DNA of 64,000 bases from Candidatus Kerfeldbacteria bacterium (GTDB lineage: Bacteria; Patescibacteriota; Patescibacteriia; UBA10025; JAHIVO01), in NCBI GenBank assembly GCA_047946875.1, contig CP181398.1, positions 713,041-777,040 of the forward strand, read 5' to 3'. Position 1 is the first letter of the stretch; each line of letters begins with the position of its first letter. The position numbers were made by a program, and so were the translations under genes. The notes below the pieces were generated by a model. That model was given only the letters and a program-made list of their open reading frames with translations. It was not told where the DNA came from and did no database searches. Below, piece after piece: positions 37,007-47,489 of this stretch.

Positions 37007-37861
37007 TTATTCTACCCAAACTTCTTCCCCATCACTTGTTATTATTACATCCCCTATTTCATCATTTCTAAATATCTCAATATTATAACCATTTAATTTG
37101 TTCAATGTTAATTTATGAGGATGACCGAAGCTATTTCCCTCCCCTGACTGAATGACGGCATAATCCGGATCAACAGCTTCCAAAAAATCAAATGAAGATG
37201 AATACTTACTTCCGTGATGAGCTACTTTGAGTACATTAGAATTTATATCAATGTTATTTTCTAATAATTTTTCCTCAACATCAATAGATGCATCGCCAGT
37301 GAATAAAAAAGAGGTATCTTGATATATAAGTTTAGATACTACCGAAGTGTCATTAATATCTTCTGGTGTTTCTTCATATTTATCAAATGGGTATAATATT
37401 TCTAAAGCCACCTCACCAAATTTATACTCTTGACCAAATATAGGTTCAGTCACTATCATATCTTTTATTTCCATAATTGATTGCCACTCTTTATAAGACG
37501 AGGATGAATATTTAACGTCAGAATATATAACTTGCCCAACTTCATATTTATTTACCACACCTATCAGCCCAGCCAAATGATCTTCATGAGCATGAGTCAA
37601 AATAATCAAATCGATTTTCTGTTGATAAAATGGTAAATGGTTACCTAACTTACTTACGACTGATGTACCGGGACCCCCATCAATCAAAATTGTATGATGA
37701 GACGGAGTTTTTATTAAAATACTATCTCCCTGGCCAACATCAAAAAATATTACTTCTAATAAATCTTGTGATTCAGTTTGTCTGACAATAAATAACAATA
37801 TCAAACACACTATTAATAAATTTCCTAATATAATTAATATTTTTTTATTACTTGATTTCAT
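37007..37861 (-). CDS. comEC: ComEC C-terminal metallo-beta-lactamase domain protein (encoded as a separate ORF from the ComEC membrane part)
   Basis: DVGQGDSILIKT...IDGGPGTSV...ILTHAHEDHLAGL MBL motifs. 4-nt overlap with the upstream ComEC membrane ORF. Confidence 0.8.
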   Translation of the reverse strand: MKSSNKKILIILGNLLIVCLILLFIVRQTESQDLLEVIFFDVGQGDSILIKTPSHHTILIDGGPGTSVVSKLGNHLPFYQQKIDLIILTHAHEDHLAGLIGVVNKYEVGQVIYSDVKYSSSSYKEWQSIMEIKDMIVTEPIFGQEYKFGEVALEILYPFDKYEETPEDINDTSVVSKLIYQDTSFLFTGDASIDVEEKLLENNIDINSNVLKVAHHGSKYSSSFDFLEAVDPDYAVIQSGEGNSFGHPHKLTLNKLNGYNIEIFRNDEIGDVIITSDGEEVWVE

Positions 37862-39348
37862 TTGGTTTTATTATTCTTTCTATTTAAAAATAAAAAAATT
37901 ATAGCAAGGATACTATAGCCAATTATTAACCACCAAAAACTAAGATTTCCAAAAGCATAAGAACTCCATTCAAATTGAGCAAAAAATTCTACTAACTTTA
38001 TTATATAAATTAGTACTAACCAAACTATCCAACCTACTATCATACCAAGAGGCTGCCAGATAAAACTTAAAATTGCAGCAATAAAACCAAGCGCCATAGC
38101 TAAAGGTATAGCTGGTAAAATTAGCATATTTGCCAGTGGAGCGATCAATGACAATCGCCCAAACTGAAATAAGATCAAAGGAAGAGTCATAATAGTAGCT
38201 GACAAAGTAGCGACTAAACTACTACGTAGTTCAAAAAAATCGGGTAACCATTTGAAACCTTTTTCTAAATATGGGGACAAATAAATCAAACCCATAGTTG
38301 CCAGAAATGATAACTGGAATCCTGCATCAAAAATAAGTACCTTAGGATTAATTATTACCATGACCACGGCTGCTAATATTAGTAGGTTTGTCACCCTGCT
38401 CTGTCGACCTAGTTGAGTAGCAAGTAACACTAGCATACCCATAATCGCCGCTCTAACAACCGAAGCTTGAGCACCAGTGATTAATACGAAGAATAATATC
38501 ACCCCTAAAGAAACCCAAAAAGAAACCTTCCTAGGAATCCATAATATTTTACATATATTCAATATCAAGATAGCAATAATTGTAATATTATATCCAGATA
38601 GAGCTACAATATGAGTCGTGCCAGTTAGATTAAAACTATTCATCAAGTCATCTGGAATCGCCTTCTTAGCTCCAAGTAATAGTGCTCCCAAAAAAGAAGC
38701 TTGTGGCTCAGCTATCAAGCCTTGGACAGCATTTGTAAAAACATTTTTTATTTTTAATAACCCAGACATTAATATATTACCTTGATCCTTTGCTATTAAG
38801 GAAATTTGTGGCCGATAACAAACAGTGTAAATATCGAAGCTACTTAAGTACTTATCATAGTTAAAAATCCTAGTCCCTGCTTCAGTCGAAAATTCTATTG
38901 GCTCAGGCGCTTGCATTTGGCACTTTATTTTCAAAACATCTCCATAATCATAAACAGGATATAGCTCTGTTTTTATTAGTACCTTTCCATTAATTTCGCC
39001 TTTAAATTTTATAGTTAACTTTGCGTGGTCTGAACGTTGATCTTTTTCTTTACTTACAATACCTATTAACTCAATTTCTTGATCATGATAATGCTGAATA
39101 TCTGTTACCCCAATATTATTGGACACAGAGATATCATATCGAAAAACACCAAGTACAAAGAATATTATTCCTAATCCTAGAACTAATATTATTTTATTTT
39201 TACCGAAAATAATTAAGATGCTTAACCCAACTCCACCTATACAGTATATGATAATCAAAGGAATAACAACGAATGACCGCAACCCTACCCCAATCACAAA
39301 AAAAATGCAGACTACTAGAAATATTTTAGATTTAGAAATATTACTCAT
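37858..39348 (-). CDS. comEC: ComEC/Rec2 DNA-uptake channel, N-terminal DUF4131 plus competence membrane domain
   Basis: A polytopic membrane protein with a ComEC-like competence domain. It lies next to the MBL-domain ORF. Confidence 0.75.
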   Translation of the reverse strand: MSNISKSKIFLVVCIFFVIGVGLRSFVVIPLIIIYCIGGVGLSILIIFGKNKIILVLGLGIIFFVLGVFRYDISVSNNIGVTDIQHYHDQEIELIGIVSKEKDQRSDHAKLTIKFKGEINGKVLIKTELYPVYDYGDVLKIKCQMQAPEPIEFSTEAGTRIFNYDKYLSSFDIYTVCYRPQISLIAKDQGNILMSGLLKIKNVFTNAVQGLIAEPQASFLGALLLGAKKAIPDDLMNSFNLTGTTHIVALSGYNITIIAILILNICKILWIPRKVSFWVSLGVILFFVLITGAQASVVRAAIMGMLVLLATQLGRQSRVTNLLILAAVVMVIINPKVLIFDAGFQLSFLATMGLIYLSPYLEKGFKWLPDFFELRSSLVATLSATIMTLPLILFQFGRLSLIAPLANMLILPAIPLAMALGFIAAILSFIWQPLGMIVGWIVWLVLIYIIKLVEFFAQFEWSSYAFGNLSFWWLIIGYSILAIIFLFLNRKNNKTK

Positions 39349-39402
39349 AAAAAAATTCCCCTATATTTTCGGGGAAGTTTTATATATCTATCTTAGTTTC
39401 TA

Positions 39403-39420
39403 ATTTGACAAAAGTCAAAT
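39403..39420. promoter_or_regulatory. Perfect 18-bp palindrome ATTTGACAAAAGTCAAAT upstream of comEC. Candidate operator.
   Basis: Read directly from the sequence. It sits 55-72 nt upstream of the comEC start on the minus strand. Confidence 0.3.
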
Positions 39421-39487
39421 AAAAAACAGCTACTTAAAATAAGTAACTGTTCTATAATTATATTAAAGCAATATGAACTGCCTTAAT

Positions 39488-39688
39488 CTATGGTTTGTTT
39501 AGCATCAAGGTGCCATTAACGTTAATACGATGAACCTCGGAAATACCGGCACAGCCAGCGTCTGGTTTAATCGCCACAACGTCTCCGCCAACTTGAGTTA
39601 CTACTCCTGATCCCTGCGAAAAATTCGAATCACTTTCATTAAGCTGGTATCTCACTGCTTGATCTACTGAAAATGTTTTTCCTGGCAT
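39488..39688 (-). CDS. Small GC-rich ORF (66 aa, Gly/Val/Ala-rich). The coding status is uncertain.
   Basis: About 48% GC in a ~30% GC background. An intact ORF with no recognisable motif. It could instead be a structured RNA. Confidence 0.3.
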   Translation of the reverse strand: MPGKTFSVDQAVRYQLNESDSNFSQGSGVVTQVGGDVVAIKPDAGCAGISEVHRINVNGTLMLNKP

Positions 39689-39908
39689 TTAACCATCCTT
39701 TGTTGTTTCTAAAGTGTTATTAATTTACTATGTTTGAATAATTCAACAATTTATTTGACCTATTAGAATCACCTCCCTTTTTTAAATAGTCAAAATTATT
39801 TTGTTGCCAAATTAAACTTATCAATAATTTAATCTAGCATTATTATCACTCTATGTCAAGTAATAAAAAAAACCGCTTGTCTAAACAAACGGTTTAATAG
39901 TGTAAATA

Positions 39909-41756
39909 TTACTCAACAGTTACTGATTTTGCCAGATTACGTGGTTGGTCTACATTTCGACCAAGTTCAACTGCTATATAATAAGCAAACAATTGAAGTG
40001 GTATGACCATCAATAACGGCATCAAGTAATATGTAGTGCTGGGCACATAAATAACATGATCTACATGTTCAGCGATCTCATCATCACCCTCGATAGCTAT
40101 TGCTAAGACTGGGCCACCTCTTGAAGTTATCTCTTTTATATTAGAGATAATTTTCCGATAATAATCATCCTTTTTTGGAACGATAACCACCGTAGGGAAA
40201 GTCCCATCTATCAAGGCGAGTGGGCCGTGCTTCATCTCAGCTGTTGCATGACCTTCTGCGGGAATATAAGAAATTTCTTTGAGTTTTAAGGCTCCTTCGA
40301 GAGCAACAGGATAATTTATCCCACGTCCCAAATAAAAGAAATTCTTAAAATGTGAATACTTCTTGGCAATTTCACGAATTGTTTCCCTTTGATCAATAAT
40401 ACTAGTTATCTGATCAGGGATTCTTTTCATATCCTTAACATAACGATCAATCCATGGTTCATGTGGCACATGCCTCAACTTGCGCATATACAAAGCTAGA
40501 AGATTCAAAACCATCACCTGAGAAGTGAATGCTTTAGTAGAAGCAACTCCTATTTCTGGACCGGCATTAATATAAACACCTTTCCCAGCAATACGTGCAA
40601 CAGAACTTCCGACAGTATTAGGGATACCAAATGTTGGTAATCCCATAGCCTCAGCACGTCTCATAGCAGAAATTAGATCAGCAGTTTCACCGGACTGGGA
40701 AATAGTCCAAATAGCAGACTTATCAGGAAATAATGGTAAACGTTGATTAGCTAGCTCAGAAGCATTCTTAGATTGCGCAAAAGCTCTAGCCACTTCTTGA
40801 AATAAAATTTCACCAATCATACCAGCATAAAATGATGTGCCGGCAGCTACAAAAAAATGAGCTTGCAAATCAGCTAGTAATTCTCGATGGTCAAATAAAC
40901 CTCCGAGAACAACGTCACCATCGACCAAACGACCACCAATAGTATTTACCAAACAACGAGGTTGCTCACATATTTCTTTGAGCATAAAATGATCAAAATT
41001 ACCTTTTTTTATCTCTTCCACCTTCATTGTAATAGCTTCAACTTTTGGTGAAATAGCAATTTTGTCAAAATCAAATATCTGACAACCTTTCTCCATAGAA
41101 ATAATACCAATTTGACCGTCCTCAATGATGATTTGCTTATCAACATGCCCCACTATAGAAACCGCATCTGAAGCAATGATATATTCCTTTTTATCATCAT
41201 TAACTCCAATCACAACAGGACTTCCATTTTTAGAAAATACTACCTGACCAGGATGATCATGAAACATAACAGCAATACCATAGGTACCTTCTACCTTAAG
41301 TAATGCAGTCCTAACTGCTTCCAATGGGTCCCCATTAGCATACACACCTATCAAGTGTGCCAATACTTCAGTATCAGTATCACTAGTGAAAACATGACCA
41401 TCTAATTTCAAAACTCTTTTCAAGTCATGATAATTTTCAATGACACCATTATGGACAACAACCACCTTTTTATCAGCAGATGAATGAGGATGTGCATTTA
41501 TATCGTTTGGCTCTCCATGGGTCGCCCAACGAGTATGAGCAATACCACAATTACTAGGATGCTCAAACAGTTTTTCTCGCTCAAGCCTCTCCCTGAATGG
41601 TTCGACTTTGCCCATCTGTTTAACAATAAAAATATCAGATCCATCGTGCAAAGCAATGCCAGCCGAATCATATCCGCGATACGCAACTTCCTTGATACCC
41701 TTAAACAAAATTGGTACAGCAAGATTTGGTCCGACATAACCAACAATTCCACACAT
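39909..41756 (-). CDS. glmS: Glutamine--fructose-6-phosphate aminotransferase
   Basis: N-terminal MCGIVGYVG nucleophile and two SIS domains. 615 aa. Confidence 0.95.
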   Translation of the reverse strand: MCGIVGYVGPNLAVPILFKGIKEVAYRGYDSAGIALHDGSDIFIVKQMGKVEPFRERLEREKLFEHPSNCGIAHTRWATHGEPNDINAHPHSSADKKVVVVHNGVIENYHDLKRVLKLDGHVFTSDTDTEVLAHLIGVYANGDPLEAVRTALLKVEGTYGIAVMFHDHPGQVVFSKNGSPVVIGVNDDKKEYIIASDAVSIVGHVDKQIIIEDGQIGIISMEKGCQIFDFDKIAISPKVEAITMKVEEIKKGNFDHFMLKEICEQPRCLVNTIGGRLVDGDVVLGGLFDHRELLADLQAHFFVAAGTSFYAGMIGEILFQEVARAFAQSKNASELANQRLPLFPDKSAIWTISQSGETADLISAMRRAEAMGLPTFGIPNTVGSSVARIAGKGVYINAGPEIGVASTKAFTSQVMVLNLLALYMRKLRHVPHEPWIDRYVKDMKRIPDQITSIIDQRETIREIAKKYSHFKNFFYLGRGINYPVALEGALKLKEISYIPAEGHATAEMKHGPLALIDGTFPTVVIVPKKDDYYRKIISNIKEITSRGGPVLAIAIEGDDEIAEHVDHVIYVPSTTYYLMPLLMVIPLQLFAYYIAVELGRNVDQPRNLAKSVTVE

Positions 41757-41798
41757 ATTAACTCCTTACGTTATTATGTAAAAGTTCTATTTTATTTT

Positions 41799-42542
41799 TT
41801 ATTTTAATGTTTTCCATATATGTTCAAATATCATTTTATTAGTTTGAAAAATACCATGGTCAGTAATTATTAAACCGATTGGCTTGTTTTCTTTGTTAAG
41901 CGATATCATTGCCAACTTACCAGAGTAGATGATCATATATGTCGGTGAACCTTCAGACTTGGATATCCACTTACGTTCATCCATTCCCCAAAGCTCGCCG
42001 CCAGATCCAATAGCTACTACCTGACATCTGATTTTTTTCTTTATTCTTTCCTTAGCAAAATTAGGAAAATCTTTATATATATGTTTACGCACATCAGAAG
42101 AAGAATATACAAAATATTCCCGATCCTTAACCTCTGACATAGTTAGTAAAACATCTTCTAATATAATTTTAATGCCCTGAGAACCTTCATAATACTTAGC
42201 AACAGGTTTTTCTTCTGGACGATTATAGATTAATTTTAATTCTGGCATTATATTTTCTAACTCTGACTGTGAATCATTTAATCTCTTTACATCTTCTAAT
42301 ATTAGATTGTTTAATCTTTCTGGATCTTCCGCCAAAAAATATTGATGCTTATCTTTATGATAATAACTAACTATCCCTTTATCTATTAACATTTTCAAAA
42401 TATCATAAGTTGTTCCCCGATTCACATCAGATTGCTGAGCAATTGCTCTTACAGAAGAAGGTCCTAAATTTAATAATGATAAATAAACGTTAATTTCTTT
42501 TTCTGAAAAACCTAATTTCTTTAAAATTCCATTAATATCCAT
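41799..42542 (-). CDS. TrmB-family transcriptional regulator
   Basis: N-terminal wHTH (LSLLNLGPSSVRAIAQQSDVNRGTTYDILKMLIDKGIV) plus a C-terminal sensing domain. Confidence 0.6.
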   Translation of the reverse strand: MDINGILKKLGFSEKEINVYLSLLNLGPSSVRAIAQQSDVNRGTTYDILKMLIDKGIVSYYHKDKHQYFLAEDPERLNNLILEDVKRLNDSQSELENIMPELKLIYNRPEEKPVAKYYEGSQGIKIILEDVLLTMSEVKDREYFVYSSSDVRKHIYKDFPNFAKERIKKKIRCQVVAIGSGGELWGMDERKWISKSEGSPTYMIIYSGKLAMISLNKENKPIGLIITDHGIFQTNKMIFEHIWKTLK

Positions 42543-42777
42543 AAATTGTTACGTTTTTTATTAATAAATAAGCCTATTCATTATAATTCAATAGAATATA
42601 TTGTCAATAATTTTCCTACAAAAACTGTGTATAACTTATTTATTACCTAATATTAGCAATTTATTTATATATATATTGTCATTTTTGAATGAACAAAATC
42701 AATAATATATCATACCTAATCAAGTGTAATTACTATTATTAAATAACTAAACTTAATATAGGTTGATATACCTTAAT

Positions 42778-43872
42778 CTATTTTTTGTATTCCTTCAAGT
42801 ATTGTTCAATTATTTCGTCCAACTTTCCATCCAATATTTCATTGACATCATTTGTCTCATATTTTGTTCTATGATCCTTAACCATTTTATATGGATGCAA
42901 AACATAAGATCTTATTTGATTACCCCAAGCAGCTTCCTGATACTCCCCTCTCAGCTTTTGTTTTTCTTCTTGTTTTTGTTCAATATTCAGCTGATGTAAC
43001 TTACTTTTTAATATTTTTAGCGCCGTCTCCTTATTTTGTAATTGCGATCTTTCATTTTGACACGAGACTGTAATACCGGTAGCCTTATGAACAACTCTAA
43101 CAGCTGAATAAGTAGTATTAACTGACTGTCCACCATGACCCGAAGCCATAAAAGTGTCTATTCTTAAATCTTCATCTTTTATTTCAACTTCTTGTGCTTC
43201 TTCTAACTCTGGCAATACTTCTACTAAGGCAAATGAAGTATGTCTCATCTTTTCAGCGTCAAATGGAGATATTCTTACTAACCGATGAACACCAGCATCT
43301 GATTTCAAAAATCCATATGCATATCTACCTTTAATGTGCATAGTCACACTCTTAATGCCAGCTTCTTGCCCCATAGACTTGTCGACAATTTTAACTAACC
43401 AGCCTTTCTTTTCGGCATAACGAAGATACATACGTAATAACATTGCAGACCAATCTTGCGCATCAACACCACCCGCCCCAGAATGTATAGCAACTATTGC
43501 ATTCTGAGTATCATGTTCACCAGCTAACATTATATAAAATTCTAAACTATTAAATTGTTTTTCAAGTTCTTTAAATTTAGTATTAAGTTCTTTTTTTAAA
43601 GAGTTATCTTTTTCTTTCATAGCCTCTTTGGTAATAGCTAATAAATCATTAACATCATTTGAAATAACATTCCATTTATTCAATTCTTCTTTTAATTCAT
43701 CAAACTTTTGACTTTTTTCTTTTGCTAAATTTTGATCAGACCAAAAATCTGGCTCTGACATTTCGAACTCTAATGACTTAACTTTATTTTTAGTATTATC
43801 TAAGTCTAGTTTCTTCCAGGTACTTAATATCTTGTCCTGTAATTTTTGTACTTGTTCTAATAATTCTTTCAT
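42778..43872 (-). CDS. prfB: Peptide chain release factor 2 (no programmed +1 frameshift evident)
   Basis: SPF tripeptide motif, GGQ motif (ASGHGGQSVN), and N-terminal alignment to RF2. The ORF-track start at 43938 adds 22 unlikely residues. The start is better placed at MKELL (43872), which has an AGGT 10 nt upstream. Confidence 0.88.
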   Translation of the reverse strand: MKELLEQVQKLQDKILSTWKKLDLDNTKNKVKSLEFEMSEPDFWSDQNLAKEKSQKFDELKEELNKWNVISNDVNDLLAITKEAMKEKDNSLKKELNTKFKELEKQFNSLEFYIMLAGEHDTQNAIVAIHSGAGGVDAQDWSAMLLRMYLRYAEKKGWLVKIVDKSMGQEAGIKSVTMHIKGRYAYGFLKSDAGVHRLVRISPFDAEKMRHTSFALVEVLPELEEAQEVEIKDEDLRIDTFMASGHGGQSVNTTYSAVRVVHKATGITVSCQNERSQLQNKETALKILKSKLHQLNIEQKQEEKQKLRGEYQEAAWGNQIRSYVLHPYKMVKDHRTKYETNDVNEILDGKLDEIIEQYLKEYKK

Positions 43873-44037
43873 AATAATATACCTATCATAACGTATAATA
43901 CCCCTTTTAGGCAAATAATTTGACACTACTAATGACATTAACTTATACTTACATAATATATTTAGGAGGACATATATGTCCTCCTTTATCTATTAAAAAG
44001 AAAAAATAATTGAACCTTAATAAAATGGAGTTTCATC

Positions 44038-45369
44038 ATGAAACCAAAAAAAATTCCAAAATGGCTAATTGAAAAAATGGAAGGAATTGATCATTTTCGC
44101 CTGCTTTTTACTGATGTTCTTGGCACTCTTAAAGAAATCAAAATACCTCGAATAGAAATATTTGAAGTATTGGAAGGTGGACAAGGATTTGACGGATCTT
44201 CTATTGCTGGATTCGCCAGACTCGAAGAATCTGATCTAATGGCCTTTCCACGTTTTAAATCTTTTCGAGTTCTGCCACCTAAAATCTCAGGGAACGGTAA
44301 AACAGTCGGAATATTCTTCTGTGATATCAAAACGCCAAACGGTAAACCATTTGTTGGTTGCCCCAGACAATTGCTTAAAAAGATAAGAAATAAAGCAAGA
44401 AGAATGGGTTATACCTTCAACGTTGGTCCAGAGCTAGAATTTTTTCTATTTAAAGATAAAATTTCTTTGAAACCACTAGACGGTCGAGGGTATTTTGATG
44501 CTACTACTGAAGGTCCGGGCAACAAGATTGTAGAAGAAATGGTTGACGCCATACAATCAATCGGCATTCATATTGAATGTTCCCATCATGAAGTAGCCCC
44601 TAGTCAATATGAAATCAATGCTAAATACAATGAAGTATTGACCGTAGCTGATCAAGTGATGCTATGTAAATGGATTATTAGACAAGCAGCCGAAATAAAT
44701 GGTGTATACGCCACGTTTTCTGCTAAACCTCATAAAGGTAGCAATGGTTCTGGCATGCACACTCATATGTCACTATTTAAAGGAGAAAAAAACTCATTTC
44801 ATGACAAACGAAATAAGTACAATCTGTCTTTAACAGCTAGACAATTCTGTGCCGGGATTTTAAACTATGTTGGTGATTTTACTGCCGTTACTAATCAGTG
44901 CGTTAACTCGTACAAAAGACTAGTACCAGGCTTTGAAGCACCAGTATATATATCCTGGGGTCAAAAAAACAGATCTTCATTAATCAGAGTGCCTCACTAT
45001 AGACTTGGCAAAGAAAATGCCACTAGGATTGAGTTACGCTCCCCTGATCCATGTTGCAACCCATATCTAGCCTTTGCCGTTATGCTGTCTGCTGGTCTCG
45101 ATGGAATAAATCGCAAATTAAAACTTTGCAATCCAATCGAAGATAATATTTTTTATATGTCAACTGATGAACGACGTAAATTAAAAATAAATAATTTACC
45201 AAGTTCACTCCAAGAAGCCGTAAAAAATGCAGCCAGAAGTGCTTTCGTAAGAAAAACACTTGGAGCACATATCCAGGAAACGTTCCTTAGTAATCTTCTC
45301 ATAGAATGTGAAGATTATAATACTCATGTCAGTGAATTCGAACTTGACAAAACTGTTCGAGAAATGTAG
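44038..45369 (+). CDS. glnA: Glutamine synthetase type I
   Basis: GS beta-grasp N-domain and catalytic domain motifs (NGSGMHTHMS, the ATP-binding region). Confidence 0.9.
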   Translation: MKPKKIPKWLIEKMEGIDHFRLLFTDVLGTLKEIKIPRIEIFEVLEGGQGFDGSSIAGFARLEESDLMAFPRFKSFRVLPPKISGNGKTVGIFFCDIKTPNGKPFVGCPRQLLKKIRNKARRMGYTFNVGPELEFFLFKDKISLKPLDGRGYFDATTEGPGNKIVEEMVDAIQSIGIHIECSHHEVAPSQYEINAKYNEVLTVADQVMLCKWIIRQAAEINGVYATFSAKPHKGSNGSGMHTHMSLFKGEKNSFHDKRNKYNLSLTARQFCAGILNYVGDFTAVTNQCVNSYKRLVPGFEAPVYISWGQKNRSSLIRVPHYRLGKENATRIELRSPDPCCNPYLAFAVMLSAGLDGINRKLKLCNPIEDNIFYMSTDERRKLKINNLPSSLQEAVKNAARSAFVRKTLGAHIQETFLSNLLIECEDYNTHVSEFELDKTVREM

Positions 45370-45419
45370 CTTACCAAAAAACCTCTATTTTAAAAAAGTA
45401 GAGGTTTTATTTTATAGTT

Positions 45420-45890
45420 TTATTTTTCTAAACCTTTTGCAGCAAATTTATTAAACTTTGCTATTTTTGAATCTGGACTAATCTTATTCATACTAGTGAT
45501 TCTTTCTAAAAAATCATGTTTCATTATTCCTTGTGAAGCAGAAGTTTGAGCTTCTGAAATTATAGCTTGAATTAATGAATCAGGATCAGCAGATCCACCT
45601 TTTTTTAAAATCATTCTTAGTTCTTGTATTATTGGCCCCAGCTTCTCAGTACTTGCTGCTGCTAATTTAGAAAGTGTCAAATCAGCATCTTCATTATTAA
45701 ATTTCTTCTTTATTGTAGAATAAAAATCCTCAAGAGCCTTCCCAAGCCCCTCTCGAACTGATAAAGCTGATTTGATCATTTCAGCGCTGTTGTCCTCGCC
45801 AGTTTCAGTTTCAATAGATGTATTATCATCTAAAACTGGTTTTTTTACTTCTTCCTTACCAACGTCAGGTGATTTTCCAAAATTTTCCAT
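45420..45890 (-). CDS. Hypothetical protein (156 aa)
   Basis: An intact ORF with an acidic N-terminal region. No family was recognised. Confidence 0.4.
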   Translation of the reverse strand: MENFGKSPDVGKEEVKKPVLDDNTSIETETGEDNSAEMIKSALSVREGLGKALEDFYSTIKKKFNNEDADLTLSKLAAASTEKLGPIIQELRMILKKGGSADPDSLIQAIISEAQTSASQGIMKHDFLERITSMNKISPDSKIAKFNKFAAKGLEK

Positions 45891-45914
45891 AGTATTATTT
45901 TATATTTATTAATG

Positions 45915-46238
45915 TTACAAATCTTGTATACATTCGACATATTCTTTATTTCTCTCCCACTTACACTCATTATTAATACATAAACAATTATCTTCTTGAT
46001 TACAGGCATATTCATCACGCCATTCACAAGTAGTATAAATATTTGATGCTTTATTTTTACTCAAACACAATTGACCTGAACATCCACCTATCTTACAATC
46101 AACATCACTTACACATTCAATAACTTGATTGAGGTTGGCTACTTTATTAGTATTATCAATATTACTATTATTATTTTTGGAACCAGGCTCTTCATATAAA
46201 ACAAATAAAATACCAGAAATCATAATTGCTACGAACAA
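45915..46238 (-). CDS. Small secreted Cys-rich protein (107 aa)
   Basis: Signal-peptide-like N-terminus. About 10 Cys residues in ~70 aa. Confidence 0.4.
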   Translation of the reverse strand: MFVAIMISGILFVLYEEPGSKNNNSNIDNTNKVANLNQVIECVSDVDCKIGGCSGQLCLSKNKASNIYTTCEWRDEYACNQEDNCLCINNECKWERNKEYVECIQDL

Positions 46239-46274
46239 AAGAATAATAATTATTTGCTTTGTTTTAATATATTT

Positions 46275-46487
46275 CTAAAAATTTAATAAATCACCATAAT
46301 ATGAATCCATTGTATTCATAAACCACGGTACCATAAACACAGCAGCAATCATCGGTAAAATTATAACCGCAATACCAATAATCAAAGTCCACATTCTTAT
46401 TTTTCTTTGCTTTTCTAATGACTGAAATATTTGTTCAGAAATTACAATATTTTTATTGAGTAGTGCTTTAAGTTCTTCTTCAGACAT
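46275..46487 (-). CDS. Small membrane protein (70 aa)
   Basis: Two hydrophobic helices. Confidence 0.35.
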   Translation of the reverse strand: MSEEELKALLNKNIVISEQIFQSLEKQRKIRMWTLIIGIAVIILPMIAAVFMVPWFMNTMDSYYGDLLNF

Positions 46488-46492
46488 ATATT

Positions 46493-47452
46493 TTATTTTA
46501 GTAATTTATCTAAACTTACAATACCATACCCCAAATCTTTTAGTTCAGTTATTAGTTCTGGTAATATTTGTGCAGTTGTAGAATTTGCTGCTTGCATTAA
46601 GACAATAGATCCGTTAGAAATTTTTGATAACACTCTTTCTTTAGATTCAGCTGGAGAATAATCACTAGACCAGTCCAAGGCATCTACTGACCAAGTAATA
46701 GGACAATAGCCTTCTGCAACTATAGTTGTTACTACATCTTCATCAGCTTCACCATACGGAGGTCTAAAAAATGGCTTAGTAGTTTTACTCGTCAAAGACG
46801 ATATAGCGCTCTCAGTCTTGGTTAACTGCTCAACTATACCGCTAGTTGGCAAATCATTAAAATGAGGATGGTTATAGCTTAAATTATATACAGAAAAACC
46901 AGCATCATTAATTTTATTTATCAACTCAGAATTCTCCTCTGCTACATCACCTCTAGCAAAAAAATCAGCCTCTACATTACTAGAAGTTAACGAATCAAGA
47001 ACTTTTTGAATATCACCCTCTTTGGTCGTGCCAACATTAAAAGTCAAACTTACATTTTTCTCTGACGTACTGCCACGAGAATAAACACTATCACAACTTT
47101 CTAAATCAAATGAATCAGCAGATGCTGTATTTATATTAACATTTTTGTTGCTGTTAGAATTTTCATTGGAATTTTTATTTTCATTTGTATTGCTATTTGT
47201 ATTTGTATTTTGAACCACTTCAGTAAATTCTGGAATATTTTGTTCAGGATAAATTAAAGTCACTTCATTATTACCACCAAATAATGATTTTAGTATCAAA
47301 TATACCACAAAAATAATTGCTAAAATAACTAAGATTTTAACATACTTAAAACCAGACGCTTTAGGCTTATTATGATATTTTTGATAACTTTGATAACCTG
47401 GCATATATTTAATATCTATTTGTATTATATAAAAAATACCACAATAAAACAA
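46493..47452 (-). CDS. Polysaccharide deacetylase (NodB homology domain), membrane-anchored
   Basis: TM anchor and an N/S/T-rich linker. NodB-type motifs are present (LTFNVG..., HPHF). Confidence 0.7.
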   Translation of the reverse strand: MFYCGIFYIIQIDIKYMPGYQSYQKYHNKPKASGFKYVKILVILAIIFVVYLILKSLFGGNNEVTLIYPEQNIPEFTEVVQNTNTNSNTNENKNSNENSNSNKNVNINTASADSFDLESCDSVYSRGSTSEKNVSLTFNVGTTKEGDIQKVLDSLTSSNVEADFFARGDVAEENSELINKINDAGFSVYNLSYNHPHFNDLPTSGIVEQLTKTESAISSLTSKTTKPFFRPPYGEADEDVVTTIVAEGYCPITWSVDALDWSSDYSPAESKERVLSKISNGSIVLMQAANSTTAQILPELITELKDLGYGIVSLDKLLK

Positions 47453-47489
47453 TCTTTAGCTTATTATCAAAGATGTATTACTATACTAT

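Noticed and set aside
42778-43938. Extended 386-aa RF2 start at 43938 (MSLVVSNYLPKRGIIRYDRYII...)
   Set aside because: The 22 extra N-terminal residues have no counterpart in RF2. The internal Met at 43872 has a better SD (AGGT) and aligns with the RF2 N-terminus. The gene is annotated from 43872.
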